Part shown: in pieces, positions 22,168-32,285 of the stretch
How the letters are laid out: each line of letters opens with the position of its first letter
How positions within the stretch are numbered: position 1 is the first letter of the stretch
Origin: Escherichia phage UPWr_E2
DNA length: 64,000 bases
Sequence record: PP418986.1
Direction: 5' to 3' (one strand)
Position numbers and translations under genes: made by a program
Notes under the pieces: generated by a model
What the model saw: only the letters and a program-made list of their open reading frames with translations
Told to the model about the DNA's origin: nothing
Database searches by the model: none

Positions 22168-22221
22168 GTTTACAAGTCCCTCGTGTTGTGTTATAGTAGT
22201 CTTACTGACATAACATGAGGA
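22168..22221 (+). promoter_or_regulatory. early promoter/leader cassette, copy 1 of an identical 54-bp repeat
   Basis: gtttac -35, tatagt -10, SD gagga; identical to 38098-38151. Confidence 0.55.
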
Positions 22222-22228
22222 CTTTATG

Positions 22229-22732
22229 ATGGATTTGCAGCTTATTACTACTGAAATGGTCGTTGAAGCATACGGTGATACTACAGATGGGATTTCTGTA
22301 TTTAAAGGAAATCGTCGAGTTGGATATATCACCGATCTTAAGAAAGATTTAGCTAAGCAAGTCAAGCGGAAAACGACCATTAAAGAATATCGAAATCGTC
22401 GTCTTGAGCAAGCCCGTGATATGCTTCCTGATGCGGTTGAGGAGATGAAAGTCTTTTTAGAAAATCAGCTTGCGAAATATGATTGCGATGTGTTCATTAA
22501 TCAGACTCAACCTAATGTTCATATTAACAACTGTAAATGCTATATCATCGTTAATCCTTTAACGGGAAAACATCGTCTTGGAATTAGTAATCCAAATCGT
22601 AGCGCATCGGATATGGCAGAAGATGTTGAGGCATGCTTTAAAATTTCTAAATCTCCGGCTGAACATCATATTTTAATTAACGGTCTTTCTCAAGACGATA
22701 TTATAGAGGTTATTAAAACTTTATGCAATTAA
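22229..22732 (+). CDS. alc: Alc-like protein (shuts off transcription of cytosine-containing DNA)
   Basis: 167 aa from second ATG; position between rnlA and spanins/pseT as in T4. Confidence 0.7.
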   Translation: MDLQLITTEMVVEAYGDTTDGISVFKGNRRVGYITDLKKDLAKQVKRKTTIKEYRNRRLEQARDMLPDAVEEMKVFLENQLAKYDCDVFINQTQPNVHINNCKCYIIVNPLTGKHRLGISNPNRSASDMAEDVEACFKISKSPAEHHILINGLSQDDIIEVIKTLCN

Positions 22733-23076
22733 GTAATACGACAGCAGGTTTGCTATTAATTGTAATTGCATTAGGCGGAACTTCTTTAATTTTAAAAAAT
22801 AAAATTGAAAGATTAGAAACGTCTGTTGTAGAAATTACAAAAACGGCCAATGAAAACGCCTTAGCATTAAATAATTTGCGAATTCAGTATAATTATATTG
22901 ATGCGATGAATAATAAAAATCGTGAGGCGATTGCTGCTATTGAGCGTGAAAATGAAAAACTGCGCAAAGATGCAAAGAAGGCGGATGTGGTGGCTCGTAA
23001 GCCAGGATTGGTTGAAAAACAAATCAACAACTCCTTCAACAAGTTCGCAGAAGACATCCAGGACCTTTCTAAATGA
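22723..23076 (+). CDS. pseT.3: inner-membrane spanin (Rz-like)
   Basis: 117 aa; N-terminal TM segment then coiled-coil; paired with downstream lipoprotein. Confidence 0.7.
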   Translation: MQLSNTTAGLLLIVIALGGTSLILKNKIERLETSVVEITKTANENALALNNLRIQYNYIDAMNNKNREAIAAIERENEKLRKDAKKADVVARKPGLVEKQINNSFNKFAEDIQDLSK

Positions 23077-23372
23077 TTAGACTATCAGCAGTAATATTAT
23101 CTATCGGTCTTCTAGCTGGTTGTTCGACAAAGCCTCTAGAAGTAAAGAAAGAAACAGTTCATCCTAATTGGCCTGTACAGATAAAGTCATATGATGAAGC
23201 TAAACTATCTTGGCAAGTTAAAGTTATTGATGGTAAAGCTTGGGTCGGTATGCCATTTGAAGATTCCCAGGAATTTCGTATTTGGCTTAATGATGTAAAA
23301 CGATATGTACATGACCAAAAAACTATGATATGTTATTATCGTCAAGAGTTAAAAGAGGATAAATGTAAATGA
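23073..23372 (+). CDS. pseT.2: outer-membrane lipoprotein spanin (Rz1-like)
   Basis: 99 aa; signal peptide with lipobox LLAGC; overlaps upstream ORF. Confidence 0.75.
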   Translation: MIRLSAVILSIGLLAGCSTKPLEVKKETVHPNWPVQIKSYDEAKLSWQVKVIDGKAWVGMPFEDSQEFRIWLNDVKRYVHDQKTMICYYRQELKEDKCK

Positions 23373-23595
23373 TTTCATGGCATCAATTTGAACATCTCAA
23401 AGGATTGATTTATGAATCCGAGATGGCTGCAATGATTTATGGACGCCAGATTCAGCGGTTAGAATCTTTACCTCCAACTAATGATGTTTTATTAGCTCAA
23501 TCCCGTGCTAATCTCAAAAATGAATATCAAAATAAGTGGGGTAAAGCATCTAAAGACCTGCATGATTATATTCAATCATTAGTTGAGAAAAATAA

Positions 23596-23599
<4 letters not shown>
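23369..23599 (+). CDS. hypothetical protein (76 aa)
   Basis: translationally coupled (ATGA overlap). Confidence 0.55.
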
Positions 23600-24817
<1,218 letters not shown>

Positions 24818-24818
<1 letters not shown>

Positions 24819-25015
24819 TGGCTTGGCACCATGAAACTTGGGCTATTGTTATTGTAAATAGCGGTTTAGTTGGTACTAGTAATGGGCAATTTTGTGTATT
24901 TACTAGTGAAAATAGAGCATGGGAGGAATGCCTTAAATTAAGAGAAAAGAATCCTGATGTTGAACTAGTAGTAAAGAAAACTAAACTGCCTTTACCATGG
25001 AAAACGTATGAATAA
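24818..25015 (+). CDS. hypothetical protein (65 aa)
   Basis: ATG overlaps pseT stop (TAATG). Confidence 0.5.
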
Positions 25016-25208
25016 CCTAGAAAAGATTTATCGTCTTTGTGATAAAATTGAAAAAGAAAAGAAATATCTATTTTGTCTATGGCCTATTGTTGACGGAAGA
25101 GTAGGCCTAGATGTTCTTGATTATGAAACAGAAGACAAAGTAGATGGCGCAACTTTTGATAACGCTTTGGATGTTATTGATTGGCTTGAAGAAAATTATG
25201 TGAGGTAA
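25008..25208 (+). CDS. hypothetical acidic protein (66 aa)
   Basis: ORF in same-strand array. Confidence 0.5.
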   Translation: MNNLEKIYRLCDKIEKEKKYLFCLWPIVDGRVGLDVLDYETEDKVDGATFDNALDVIDWLEENYVR

Positions 25209-25210
25209 AT

Positions 25211-25486
25211 ATGTTTCCGACTTACTCTAAAATCGTAGAAGTAGTGTTTAGCCAAATTATCGCTAATAATATGTTTGAAAAACTTGATAACGCAGCTGAG
25301 CTTCGAATCCATGCTCAAGTGACTCATGTATTGAACACTTTGCTTCCAGACCAGGTGGATTCTGTTGCCATCACGTTGTATCCAGGTTCCGCGCATATCA
25401 TTGTCGTATTCGGTCTTGATGCTGAGCTAGTCATCAAAGGCGATATTCGCTTTGAATCACAGACATCAGAATTCAAAGCAATTTAA
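25211..25486 (+). CDS. hypothetical protein (91 aa)
   Basis: SD gaggt upstream. Confidence 0.55.
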   Translation: MFPTYSKIVEVVFSQIIANNMFEKLDNAAELRIHAQVTHVLNTLLPDQVDSVAITLYPGSAHIIVVFGLDAELVIKGDIRFESQTSEFKAI

Positions 25487-25487
25487 A

Positions 25488-25526
25488 GTTTACTTTACGG
25501 TAGAGTTGTGATATTATAGCTCTACC
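25488..25526 (+). promoter_or_regulatory. early promoter with -10 inside a hairpin loop
   Basis: gtttac -35, tattat -10; ggtagag/ctctacc stem flanks the -10. Confidence 0.45.
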
Positions 25527-25547
25527 AAAACAAACGAGGAAATTGAA

Positions 25548-26075
25548 ATGAGCGAATGGTTTGAAGAAGATAAGGTTTATCGCTTTAAAACTGGGTATAA
25601 AGATATTTTTAATGAAACTTGCGGGGCTAATAAACGAATTGCCCAGTTTATTGGGGAAAATTCATTTAAAGTAAAAATAGATCCTGCGAAAAATGTTATT
25701 AGCATTAAACGCGAAATTGATGACTGCTGGTATAAAGCTGTTGATGTAATGGGCGAATCCTATAAAGTTAGCCCGTTATTTTCAATTGCTTATATGTTAG
25801 AATATTCTTTTTTCGAAGAAGTTCAAAAAGATGATTCTGCCAGTAAATTTGAAATTAAAACTGATAAAGAAATTAAGTGGAAAGTAGTAGGTATTACTGG
25901 TTGTATGTTTTATATCTATGCTCAAACTGATACGAAGGAAGAAGCTAAAAATAAAGCTCTAGAATATCTTGAAGAGTATGAAGAAGGTCCGGTAATGATT
26001 ACTCAAGATGCTGAATTAGTTTCTGTCAAATTAGTTAAAAACGTTGAAAGTAAGGAGCTGGGATCAACATGCTAA
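25548..26075 (+). CDS. hypothetical protein (175 aa)
   Basis: SD gagga upstream. Confidence 0.6.
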   Translation: MSEWFEEDKVYRFKTGYKDIFNETCGANKRIAQFIGENSFKVKIDPAKNVISIKREIDDCWYKAVDVMGESYKVSPLFSIAYMLEYSFFEEVQKDDSASKFEIKTDKEIKWKVVGITGCMFYIYAQTDTKEEAKNKALEYLEEYEEGPVMITQDAELVSVKLVKNVESKELGSTC

Positions 26076-26305
26076 GTGAAAAACCAATTACTGTTAAAGA
26101 ATTCCAAGAAAAAGTTAAACTATTTGCACAGGAATTAGTAAATAAGGTTTCTGAACGATTTCCTGAAACGTCGGTTCGTGTTATTACCGAAACTCCTCGT
26201 TCAGTATTAGTAATTGTGAATCCAGGTGATGGCGATCAAATATCGCATCTTAAACTGGATTTTGATGGATTAGTTGAAGCACAAAGGGTGTATGGCGTAC
26301 TATGA
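26069..26305 (+). CDS. hypothetical protein (78 aa)
   Basis: SD aaggag upstream. Confidence 0.5.
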   Translation: MLSEKPITVKEFQEKVKLFAQELVNKVSERFPETSVRVITETPRSVLVIVNPGDGDQISHLKLDFDGLVEAQRVYGVL

Positions 26306-26640
26306 TGAATTTAACTGATATAATTGATAATTGTCTTGAAAATGATACTGGCGATCATAGAGCGCTTGACTCTGAAACAGCACAGTTCATTAGAATAACT
26401 TTAATGAATGACACTCTAGTGAATAGTATTCATCCTTCTGTGTATGATGCTATTATTGTGACGAAGTATCCAGTTGAGCTTCACAAAAAGATGGTTGGCG
26501 CAATTTTTATTGATAAGAAAAACCGCTTTAAAGATGGGCAGAATATAATTAGTTCTGTTATTAAAAGTATAACTAAACTTCGTCACGAAATTTATCGTGT
26601 TGAAACTGCTAAATCTGCTTATCTGGTGATTATGAAATGA
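26302..26640 (+). CDS. hypothetical protein (112 aa)
   Basis: translationally coupled. Confidence 0.55.
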   Translation: MMNLTDIIDNCLENDTGDHRALDSETAQFIRITLMNDTLVNSIHPSVYDAIIVTKYPVELHKKMVGAIFIDKKNRFKDGQNIISSVIKSITKLRHEIYRVETAKSAYLVIMK

Positions 26641-27218
26641 AAGCGAGTACAGTACTTCAAATTGCATATTTAGTATCACAAGAATCAAAATGTTGCTCCT
26701 GGAAGGTAGGAGCAGTAATTGAAAAGAATGGACGTATTATTTCTACTGGGTATAATGGTTCACCCGCAGGGGGTGTGAACTGTTGTGATTATGCTGCTGA
26801 GCAAGGTTGGTTATTGAATAAGCCTAAACATACTATCATTCAAGGTCATAAGCCTGAATGCGTATCATTTGGTTCAACTGATCGTTTTGTCTTGGCGAAA
26901 GAACATCGTAGTGCTCACTCGGAATGGTCATCTAAAAATGAAATTCATGCTGAACTAAATGCGATTTTGTTTGCTGCACGAAATGGCTCTTCTATTGAAG
27001 GTGCTACTATGTATGTAACACTTTCTCCTTGTCCAGATTGTGCAAAAGCGATAGCTCAATCTGGTATTAAAAAGCTGGTTTATTGCGAAACATATGATAA
27101 AAATAAACCTGGCTGGGATGATATTCTGCGAAATGCAGGTATTGAAGTGTTTAATGTTCCTAAGAAAAACTTGAATAAGTTAAACTGGGAAAATATCAAC
27201 GAATTCTGTGGTGAATAA
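26637..27218 (+). CDS. cd: dCMP deaminase
   Basis: 193 aa; HAELNAI and PCPDCAKAI zinc-binding deaminase motifs. Confidence 0.92.
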   Translation: MKASTVLQIAYLVSQESKCCSWKVGAVIEKNGRIISTGYNGSPAGGVNCCDYAAEQGWLLNKPKHTIIQGHKPECVSFGSTDRFVLAKEHRSAHSEWSSKNEIHAELNAILFAARNGSSIEGATMYVTLSPCPDCAKAIAQSGIKKLVYCETYDKNKPGWDDILRNAGIEVFNVPKKNLNKLNWENINEFCGE

Positions 27219-27454
27219 TGAAATTTCGTTTGGTACAACTCACAGCAATTAGTTCTTATTCCAACGAGAACATTTCATTTGCTGTAGAGTATAAGAAATA
27301 TTTTTTCTCTAAATGGAAGCAGTATTATAAGTCAGAATGGGTTTGTATTGATAGACCATATAGTTGGAAATCTGATTTAGAAAAATGCCAAAAATTACTT
27401 TCCACCCTTAAAGAACGTGGAACAACTCATATTAAAACTGTAATAGGTAAATAA
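27218..27454 (+). CDS. hypothetical protein (78 aa)
   Basis: translationally coupled to cd. Confidence 0.5.
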   Translation: MKFRLVQLTAISSYSNENISFAVEYKKYFFSKWKQYYKSEWVCIDRPYSWKSDLEKCQKLLSTLKERGTTHIKTVIGK

Positions 27455-27763
27455 ATGAAACTGACAACTGAGCAGAAAGTAGCAATTCGTGAAATTTTGA
27501 AAACTAAATTGTCCATGGGTGTTTCAAACGTAGTTTTTGAAAAGTCTGACGGTACTATTCGTGTTATGAAAGGTACTCGCGATGCTGACTTTATGCCAAC
27601 CATGCAAACTGGTAAATTGACTGAATCTACTCGGAAAGAATCTACTGATATGATTCCAGTATTTGATGTTGAACTTGGTGCATGGCGAGGTTTTTCTATT
27701 GACAAATTGATTTCCGTTAATGGTATGAAAGTTGAGCATTTGCTCCAATTTATTGGTAAATAA
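27455..27763 (+). CDS. hypothetical protein (102 aa)
   Basis: ORF in same-strand array. Confidence 0.55.
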   Translation: MKLTTEQKVAIREILKTKLSMGVSNVVFEKSDGTIRVMKGTRDADFMPTMQTGKLTESTRKESTDMIPVFDVELGAWRGFSIDKLISVNGMKVEHLLQFIGK

Positions 27764-27819
27764 ATGCTTTAAGAATTATTTGTTATTATTAATTCATCTG
27801 TTAACAAAAAGGAAAAACG

Positions 27820-28155
27820 ATGTCTGAAGTACAACAGCTACCAATTCGTGCTGTCGGTGAATATGTTATTTTAGTTTCTGAACCTGCACAAGCCGGTGAT
27901 GAAGAAGTTACAGAATCAGGACTTATTATCGGTAAACGTGTTCAAGGTGAAGTTCCTGAACTGTGTGTAGTTCACTCTGTCGGTCCTGATGTTCCTGAAG
28001 GTTTCTGTGAAGTTGGTGATTTGACTTCTCTTCCAGTTGGTCAAATTCGAAATGTTCCGCATCCTTTTGTAGCTCTGGGTCTTAAGCAGCCAAAAGAAAT
28101 TAAACAAAAATTCGTTACTTGTCACTATAAAGCTATTCCGTGTCTTTATAAGTGA
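27820..28155 (+). CDS. 31: co-chaperonin gp31 (GroES analogue for capsid folding)
   Basis: 111 aa; [29 protein letters not shown]... matches T4 gp31. Confidence 0.92.
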
Positions 28156-28163
28156 TATAAATA
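28156..28163 (+). promoter_or_regulatory. late promoter box TATAAATA
   Basis: exact tataaata immediately after gp31 stop, 140 nt upstream of rIII. Confidence 0.4.
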
Positions 28164-28302
28164 ATAATATGAATTGGGTGTCGGAATAATAAGTTAACCG
28201 AACAATTCTATGTGGTAGTCTACAACTGAGAGATCTGTCGAAAGAAGATGAAATTCAGAAGAACGTGACTACCGAGTTTTAATCTCTAACGAGAATTTTT
28301 AA

Positions 28303-28551
28303 ATGATTAAACAATTACAACACGCTCTTGAACTGCAACGAAACGCATGGAATAATGGTCACGAAAACTATGGCGCATCTATTGATGTTGAAGCCGAAGC
28401 TCTTGAAATCCTGCGTTATTTCAAACATCTGAATCCTGCTCAAACTGCATTAGCTGCTGAGCTTCAGGAAAAAGATGAACTTAAATATGCTAAGCCTCTG
28501 GCTTCTGCTGCACGAAAAGCAGTTCGTCACTTTGTGGTAACACTGAAGTAA
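28303..28551 (+). CDS. rIII: lysis inhibition accessory protein rIII
   Basis: 82 aa; MIKQLQHALELQRNAWNNGHENYG... Confidence 0.85.
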   Translation: MIKQLQHALELQRNAWNNGHENYGASIDVEAEALEILRYFKHLNPAQTALAAELQEKDELKYAKPLASAARKAVRHFVVTLK

Positions 28552-28949
28552 TTTATTGGAGAGTCACTGCCTTAGTGTGAAGTTAAAACGAGGAGCCGTC
28601 GAACTGTCTGATTAATGATTTGCGAATCATTATAGTTTTAAGACCCCGGCAGTTTTACGGTGTACCTCTTGAATGTTATTCTTATAGCGGCAAGTGCATG
28701 CTACCCCGAGGTGATGGCCAATCGGGAGTACGCCTCAAGGCCTATATATCCATCAGTATATATCTTATCCTCGAGAAATCGAACCCGGAACCTTTAAGCT
28801 AACGGTGTGCAACAGATAAGAGCTATAAGGTATGATGACGGGTTTATAGTTATCCTGGTCGTTAAATATCCAAAAACTTATGTTCCCCTTGAGGGCTTGC
28901 GCAGGCAATGCCAATAAGTCCTGCATTTTCATTTAAAAGAGAATTTATA

Positions 28950-29126
28950 ATGGCAAAACAAGCTAAAGCAAAGAAAGCAGTTGAAAAGAAAGTTGGTGAT
29001 TCTAAACGCGCTGGCTACAAGCGTGGGTCGAACTCTCGTATCAATCAAACTGTTGAGAAGATCATGCGCCGAGCACGTGCGGTTCTTCGAGATGATGCTT
29101 CTCGTTTTGGTAAGCAGAAAGCATAA
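28950..29126 (+). CDS. hypothetical small basic protein (58 aa)
   Basis: MAKQAKAKKAVEKK..., Lys/Arg-rich; followed by strong terminator. Confidence 0.5.
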   Translation: MAKQAKAKKAVEKKVGDSKRAGYKRGSNSRINQTVEKIMRRARAVLRDDASRFGKQKA

Positions 29127-29130
29127 GTTG

Positions 29131-29160
29131 AGGACTCCTTCGGGAGTCCTTTTTTATTTT
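29131..29160 (+). terminator. rho-independent terminator
   Basis: aggactcc-ttcg-ggagtcct then tttttatttt. Confidence 0.8.
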
Positions 29161-29179
29161 CCAAAGATTGCATAAAGTT

Positions 29180-29209
29180 GTTTACAGTATGGTTCCTTTG
29201 TGATAGTAT
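29180..29209 (+). promoter_or_regulatory. early promoter
   Basis: -35 gtttac, 18-nt spacer, -10 tagtat preceded by tga. Confidence 0.5.
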
Positions 29210-29236
29210 TATCTTACACAAACAAAGGAGAATAAA

Positions 29237-29560
29237 ATGAAAACGATTAATCTGAACGCTGCAGTTAAAACTAAATGCTTCAATGGTAAATATGATGAAA
29301 CTATGTGGTTCTTAATGGCAGTTGAAGGTGATATTATTGAAGTAGAAACAACAGAAGGTATGGGAACAGATTTCACCTTTACAATTCAAGTTCATAATTT
29401 CTTTACTGGTTGGATTTATGAATTGAATACAGTAATCGTTGGAAAAATTGAACAAAATGAATTAGGTGAATGGTATTATGTTACAGCTCGCCAACGTGCC
29501 GAACGCTTAATTGAGAAGATGAAAAAGTTGGTAAACTTGACATGCAGCATTGGAAAGTAG
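29237..29560 (+). CDS. hypothetical protein (107 aa)
   Basis: SD aaggag upstream. Confidence 0.55.
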   Translation: MKTINLNAAVKTKCFNGKYDETMWFLMAVEGDIIEVETTEGMGTDFTFTIQVHNFFTGWIYELNTVIVGKIEQNELGEWYYVTARQRAERLIEKMKKLVNLTCSIGK

Positions 29561-29570
29561 TAAAATAATT

Positions 29571-29610
29571 GTTTACTTTGGTACAGGATATGATATTATA
29601 TACCTGTACC
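29571..29610 (+). promoter_or_regulatory. early promoter with -10 inside a hairpin loop
   Basis: gtttac -35, 17-nt spacer, tattat -10; 8-bp stem ggtacagg/cctgtacc flanks the -10. Confidence 0.45.
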
Positions 29611-29635
29611 GCAATTAAACATCTTGGAGAATAAA

Positions 29636-30001
29636 ATGAACTACATCAACTTTGAACGTAAATATGTTTCTAATGGTATTGCAGGTTCTATTGATACTAT
29701 TTGCCTTTGGAAACATCAAAATGGATCAGTATGCGAAATTGAGCAGTATATGACTCCTAATTACGTTTATATGCGATTTGAAAACGGTATCACGGTTTCA
29801 ATCACGATGGAAGGTTCCAACTTTAAAATCGCTCTGGATGATGATTTCCGTGAACGCGATTTAGGGACTCATCCTTGCTGGAATGGCGTTAATCGCAAGC
29901 TTTTGGTTAAAACTTGGATTCGTCATATTCTGAGTAACAGAGCTAAACCTGAGCATCTTGAAGCAATCTTTGATGTAGTTCTTAACGAATTTGATATTTA
30001 A
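29636..30001 (+). CDS. hypothetical protein (121 aa)
   Basis: SD ggaga upstream of ATG 29636; track start 29624 is TTG. Confidence 0.55.
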   Translation: MNYINFERKYVSNGIAGSIDTICLWKHQNGSVCEIEQYMTPNYVYMRFENGITVSITMEGSNFKIALDDDFRERDLGTHPCWNGVNRKLLVKTWIRHILSNRAKPEHLEAIFDVVLNEFDI

Positions 30002-30041
30002 AATAAATGAGGGGCTTTGGCCCCTTACTGAGGAAAATGTT

Positions 30042-30329
30042 ATGTTTATGACTACTTATTTTGATACCCGTAAAAACTTCTGCGAAGTAGTTTTCTCAAA
30101 GGCGCCTAAAGACCTTCCTGCACATTTGCAACCTACCAGTGAATCGATTAAAAACTACGTTAATGTAGTCTGCCCTTTAGAGTTCCGTACTGTAAATGGG
30201 CGCGATACTTTAGCTATCACTAAACTCAATCGTGAAATTGACATTGACCCTTCAATTGCGCGCGAAATTAATATTTCTGATATTGGTGGAGGTAATGTTA
30301 AATCGCATGGTTTTCAGATGAGGTTCTAA
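30042..30329 (+). CDS. hypothetical protein (95 aa)
   Basis: SD gagga upstream of ATG 30042, preceded by hairpin aggggc-tttg-gcccct. Confidence 0.5.
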   Translation: MFMTTYFDTRKNFCEVVFSKAPKDLPAHLQPTSESIKNYVNVVCPLEFRTVNGRDTLAITKLNREIDIDPSIAREINISDIGGGNVKSHGFQMRF

Positions 30330-30526
30330 TGAAATTCTTTTTAGATCAAACCGTTGAATTAAAGGGAGTTGGTATACCTGGATTAATTTCTAAGGTTTTA
30401 CCTGCATTTAAATTGGGAGATGTTCAAGTAAAAGAGGCTTATATTGTTTCTTGGGTAGATGGAAATGAAGACCTTCGTATGGGTGATGAATTATCTCCTA
30501 TCTACGGATTAAAGGAATTAGTATGA
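30329..30526 (+). CDS. hypothetical protein (65 aa)
   Basis: SD gaggt upstream. Confidence 0.45.
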   Translation: MKFFLDQTVELKGVGIPGLISKVLPAFKLGDVQVKEAYIVSWVDGNEDLRMGDELSPIYGLKELV

Positions 30527-30729
30527 ATATAATTAATAAGATTTTTGGAATTCAGTACATTAAGGTCACATATAAAGTAACAGATAAAAATCCATATACC
30601 GATGAACATGAAGAACCACAAATTGAGTCTATTATATTAGAAAAAGGCAGTGACTGGCCAGTTGAATTTCGTCTACCAAACTATGGTCATTGGGCTGATG
30701 TTGAAATTATAAGCATTGAAAATGTCTGA
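30523..30729 (+). CDS. hypothetical protein (68 aa)
   Basis: SD aagga upstream. Confidence 0.45.
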   Translation: MNIINKIFGIQYIKVTYKVTDKNPYTDEHEEPQIESIILEKGSDWPVEFRLPNYGHWADVEIISIENV

Positions 30730-31180
30730 GTTAGAGATTAGAAGTAATTTTAGGTGGCCATCATGTGCATTAAGTAATTTCGCCCATTGGCCTTTCGTTA
30801 TGGATGGTATTCAATTTGGAGGTCTTGAAGGATTCCTCCAAGGATGCAAGGTGAAAAACGTTGAACAACAACGTCGTATATTTGGGTTATCCGGGCTTGC
30901 CGCTCAACAAGCTGGAAGGTCTTATGCTAGAGCTCAGGACCGTGGGACCCTCTTCTGGCTTGGAGTTCCATTTTCAAGATACTCCCCGGCGTGGAAAGAA
31001 TTATGCACAAATGCATATTTTGAAGCAGCGATTCAAAACAAGGGCTTTCGTGATGCATTACAAGCCTCGAAAGGAAAAGTTTTGAAGCACAGCATGGCTA
31101 GTGGTCTAACAAAAGATGATACAATACTAACCGAAGCTGAATTTATTGATGTGTTAAACCTATTAAGAGACTCTCTATGA
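30722..31180 (+). CDS. NADAR/YbiA-like protein (putative ADP-ribose or N-glycoside processing)
   Basis: 152 aa from ATG 30722; SNFAHWPFVMDGIQFGGLEGFLQ resembles the YbiA/NADAR N-terminal motif (from memory). Confidence 0.55.
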   Translation: MSELEIRSNFRWPSCALSNFAHWPFVMDGIQFGGLEGFLQGCKVKNVEQQRRIFGLSGLAAQQAGRSYARAQDRGTLFWLGVPFSRYSPAWKELCTNAYFEAAIQNKGFRDALQASKGKVLKHSMASGLTKDDTILTEAEFIDVLNLLRDSL

Positions 31181-32016
31181 AGCCTACTATTTTAACTGAT
31201 ATTGATGGAGTATGTTTAAGCTGGCAATCAGGTCTTCCTTATTTTGCTCAGAAATATAATCTTCCGTTAGAACATATTTTAAAAATGATCCAGGATGAGA
31301 AATTTATTTCTCCAGGTAAACTCTTTAATTGTGACGAAGAACTTGGCGTCAAGCTAATTGAAAAATACAATCGTTCAGATTTTATTCGTTACTTGTCTCC
31401 ATATAAAGATGCTCTGTGTGTAATTAACAAATTAAAAGAAGATTATAATTTTGTAGCTGTTACAGCATTGGGTGATTCTATTGACGCTCTGCTGAATCGT
31501 CAATTTAATTTGAACGCTCTTTTTCCTGGTGCCTTCTCAGAAGTACTGATGTGTGGTCATGATTCTTCAAAAGAAGAGTTGTTTAAAAAGGCAAAAGAGA
31601 AATATAACGTGATTTGTTATATTGACGATCTCGCTCACCATTGCGATCATGCGAGTGAAATATTAAATGTTCCTGTTTATTGGATGGCTCGAGGAGAGCG
31701 TGACAATATTCCAAAAACTGCTCAGCGAGTTTATACATGGAATGATGTAGAAAATAAGCTTTTTCCATCGAAGGAAAATAAAGAAAGTTTTGATAGTGAA
31801 AAATCTATAAAAGATGTAATTGAAAAGATGATTAAAAACGATTCTTTTCCTTGGAACACTACCTGGAGAACTCCTGGATTTAATCCTTATAATCATCTAT
31901 ATCATCCATATCAGACGCATCCGTTTCAGACATGGAACTATATTAAACCCGGTGGCATAGAGTATTTGTATAATAGACCTACTGGTGCTAATAATATTTT
32001 CCAAGGAGCATTCTAA
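31177..32016 (+). CDS. HAD-superfamily hydrolase-like protein
   Basis: 279 aa; N-terminal TDIDGV motif (DxDx[TV]). Confidence 0.55.
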   Translation: MKPTILTDIDGVCLSWQSGLPYFAQKYNLPLEHILKMIQDEKFISPGKLFNCDEELGVKLIEKYNRSDFIRYLSPYKDALCVINKLKEDYNFVAVTALGDSIDALLNRQFNLNALFPGAFSEVLMCGHDSSKEELFKKAKEKYNVICYIDDLAHHCDHASEILNVPVYWMARGERDNIPKTAQRVYTWNDVENKLFPSKENKESFDSEKSIKDVIEKMIKNDSFPWNTTWRTPGFNPYNHLYHPYQTHPFQTWNYIKPGGIEYLYNRPTGANNIFQGAF

Positions 32017-32285
32017 TGTTTGTTGTTCACACTATTTATGAAAATGAAGGTAATACTACACGTGATTACGGTCACGTAAATCAATTTTTTAGATGCAATC
32101 CAGAATTCCGAGCTCAAAAAGACGAACGAATTTTTAAAAAATGCGTAGAGCAAGGTTTCATTTACGTCAAGCACTGGATGCAAGGAAATAAAGTTAGAAC
32201 CACGTACCACAGGTCTTTGGCTGAGCTTAATGATGAATTGATTTATAATAGAGCTGTAAACCAAACTCTAAAGGATGAACAATGA
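32016..32285 (+). CDS. hypothetical protein (89 aa)
   Basis: SD aaggag upstream. Confidence 0.5.
   Translation: MFVVHTIYENEGNTTRDYGHVNQFFRCNPEFRAQKDERIFKKCVEQGFIYVKHWMQGNKVRTTYHRSLAELNDELIYNRAVNQTLKDEQ

Noticed and set aside
28771-28800. tRNA-like T-loop motif (GGTTCGATT) on the minus strand
   Set aside because: No complementary T-stem (ccggg vs tctcg) and no matching acceptor stem or D/anticodon arms could be built; not a tRNA.
28620-28802. 60-aa ORF in the GC-richer island
   Set aside because: Starts at TTG with no ribosome-binding site; translation looks non-protein-like; treated as non-coding.
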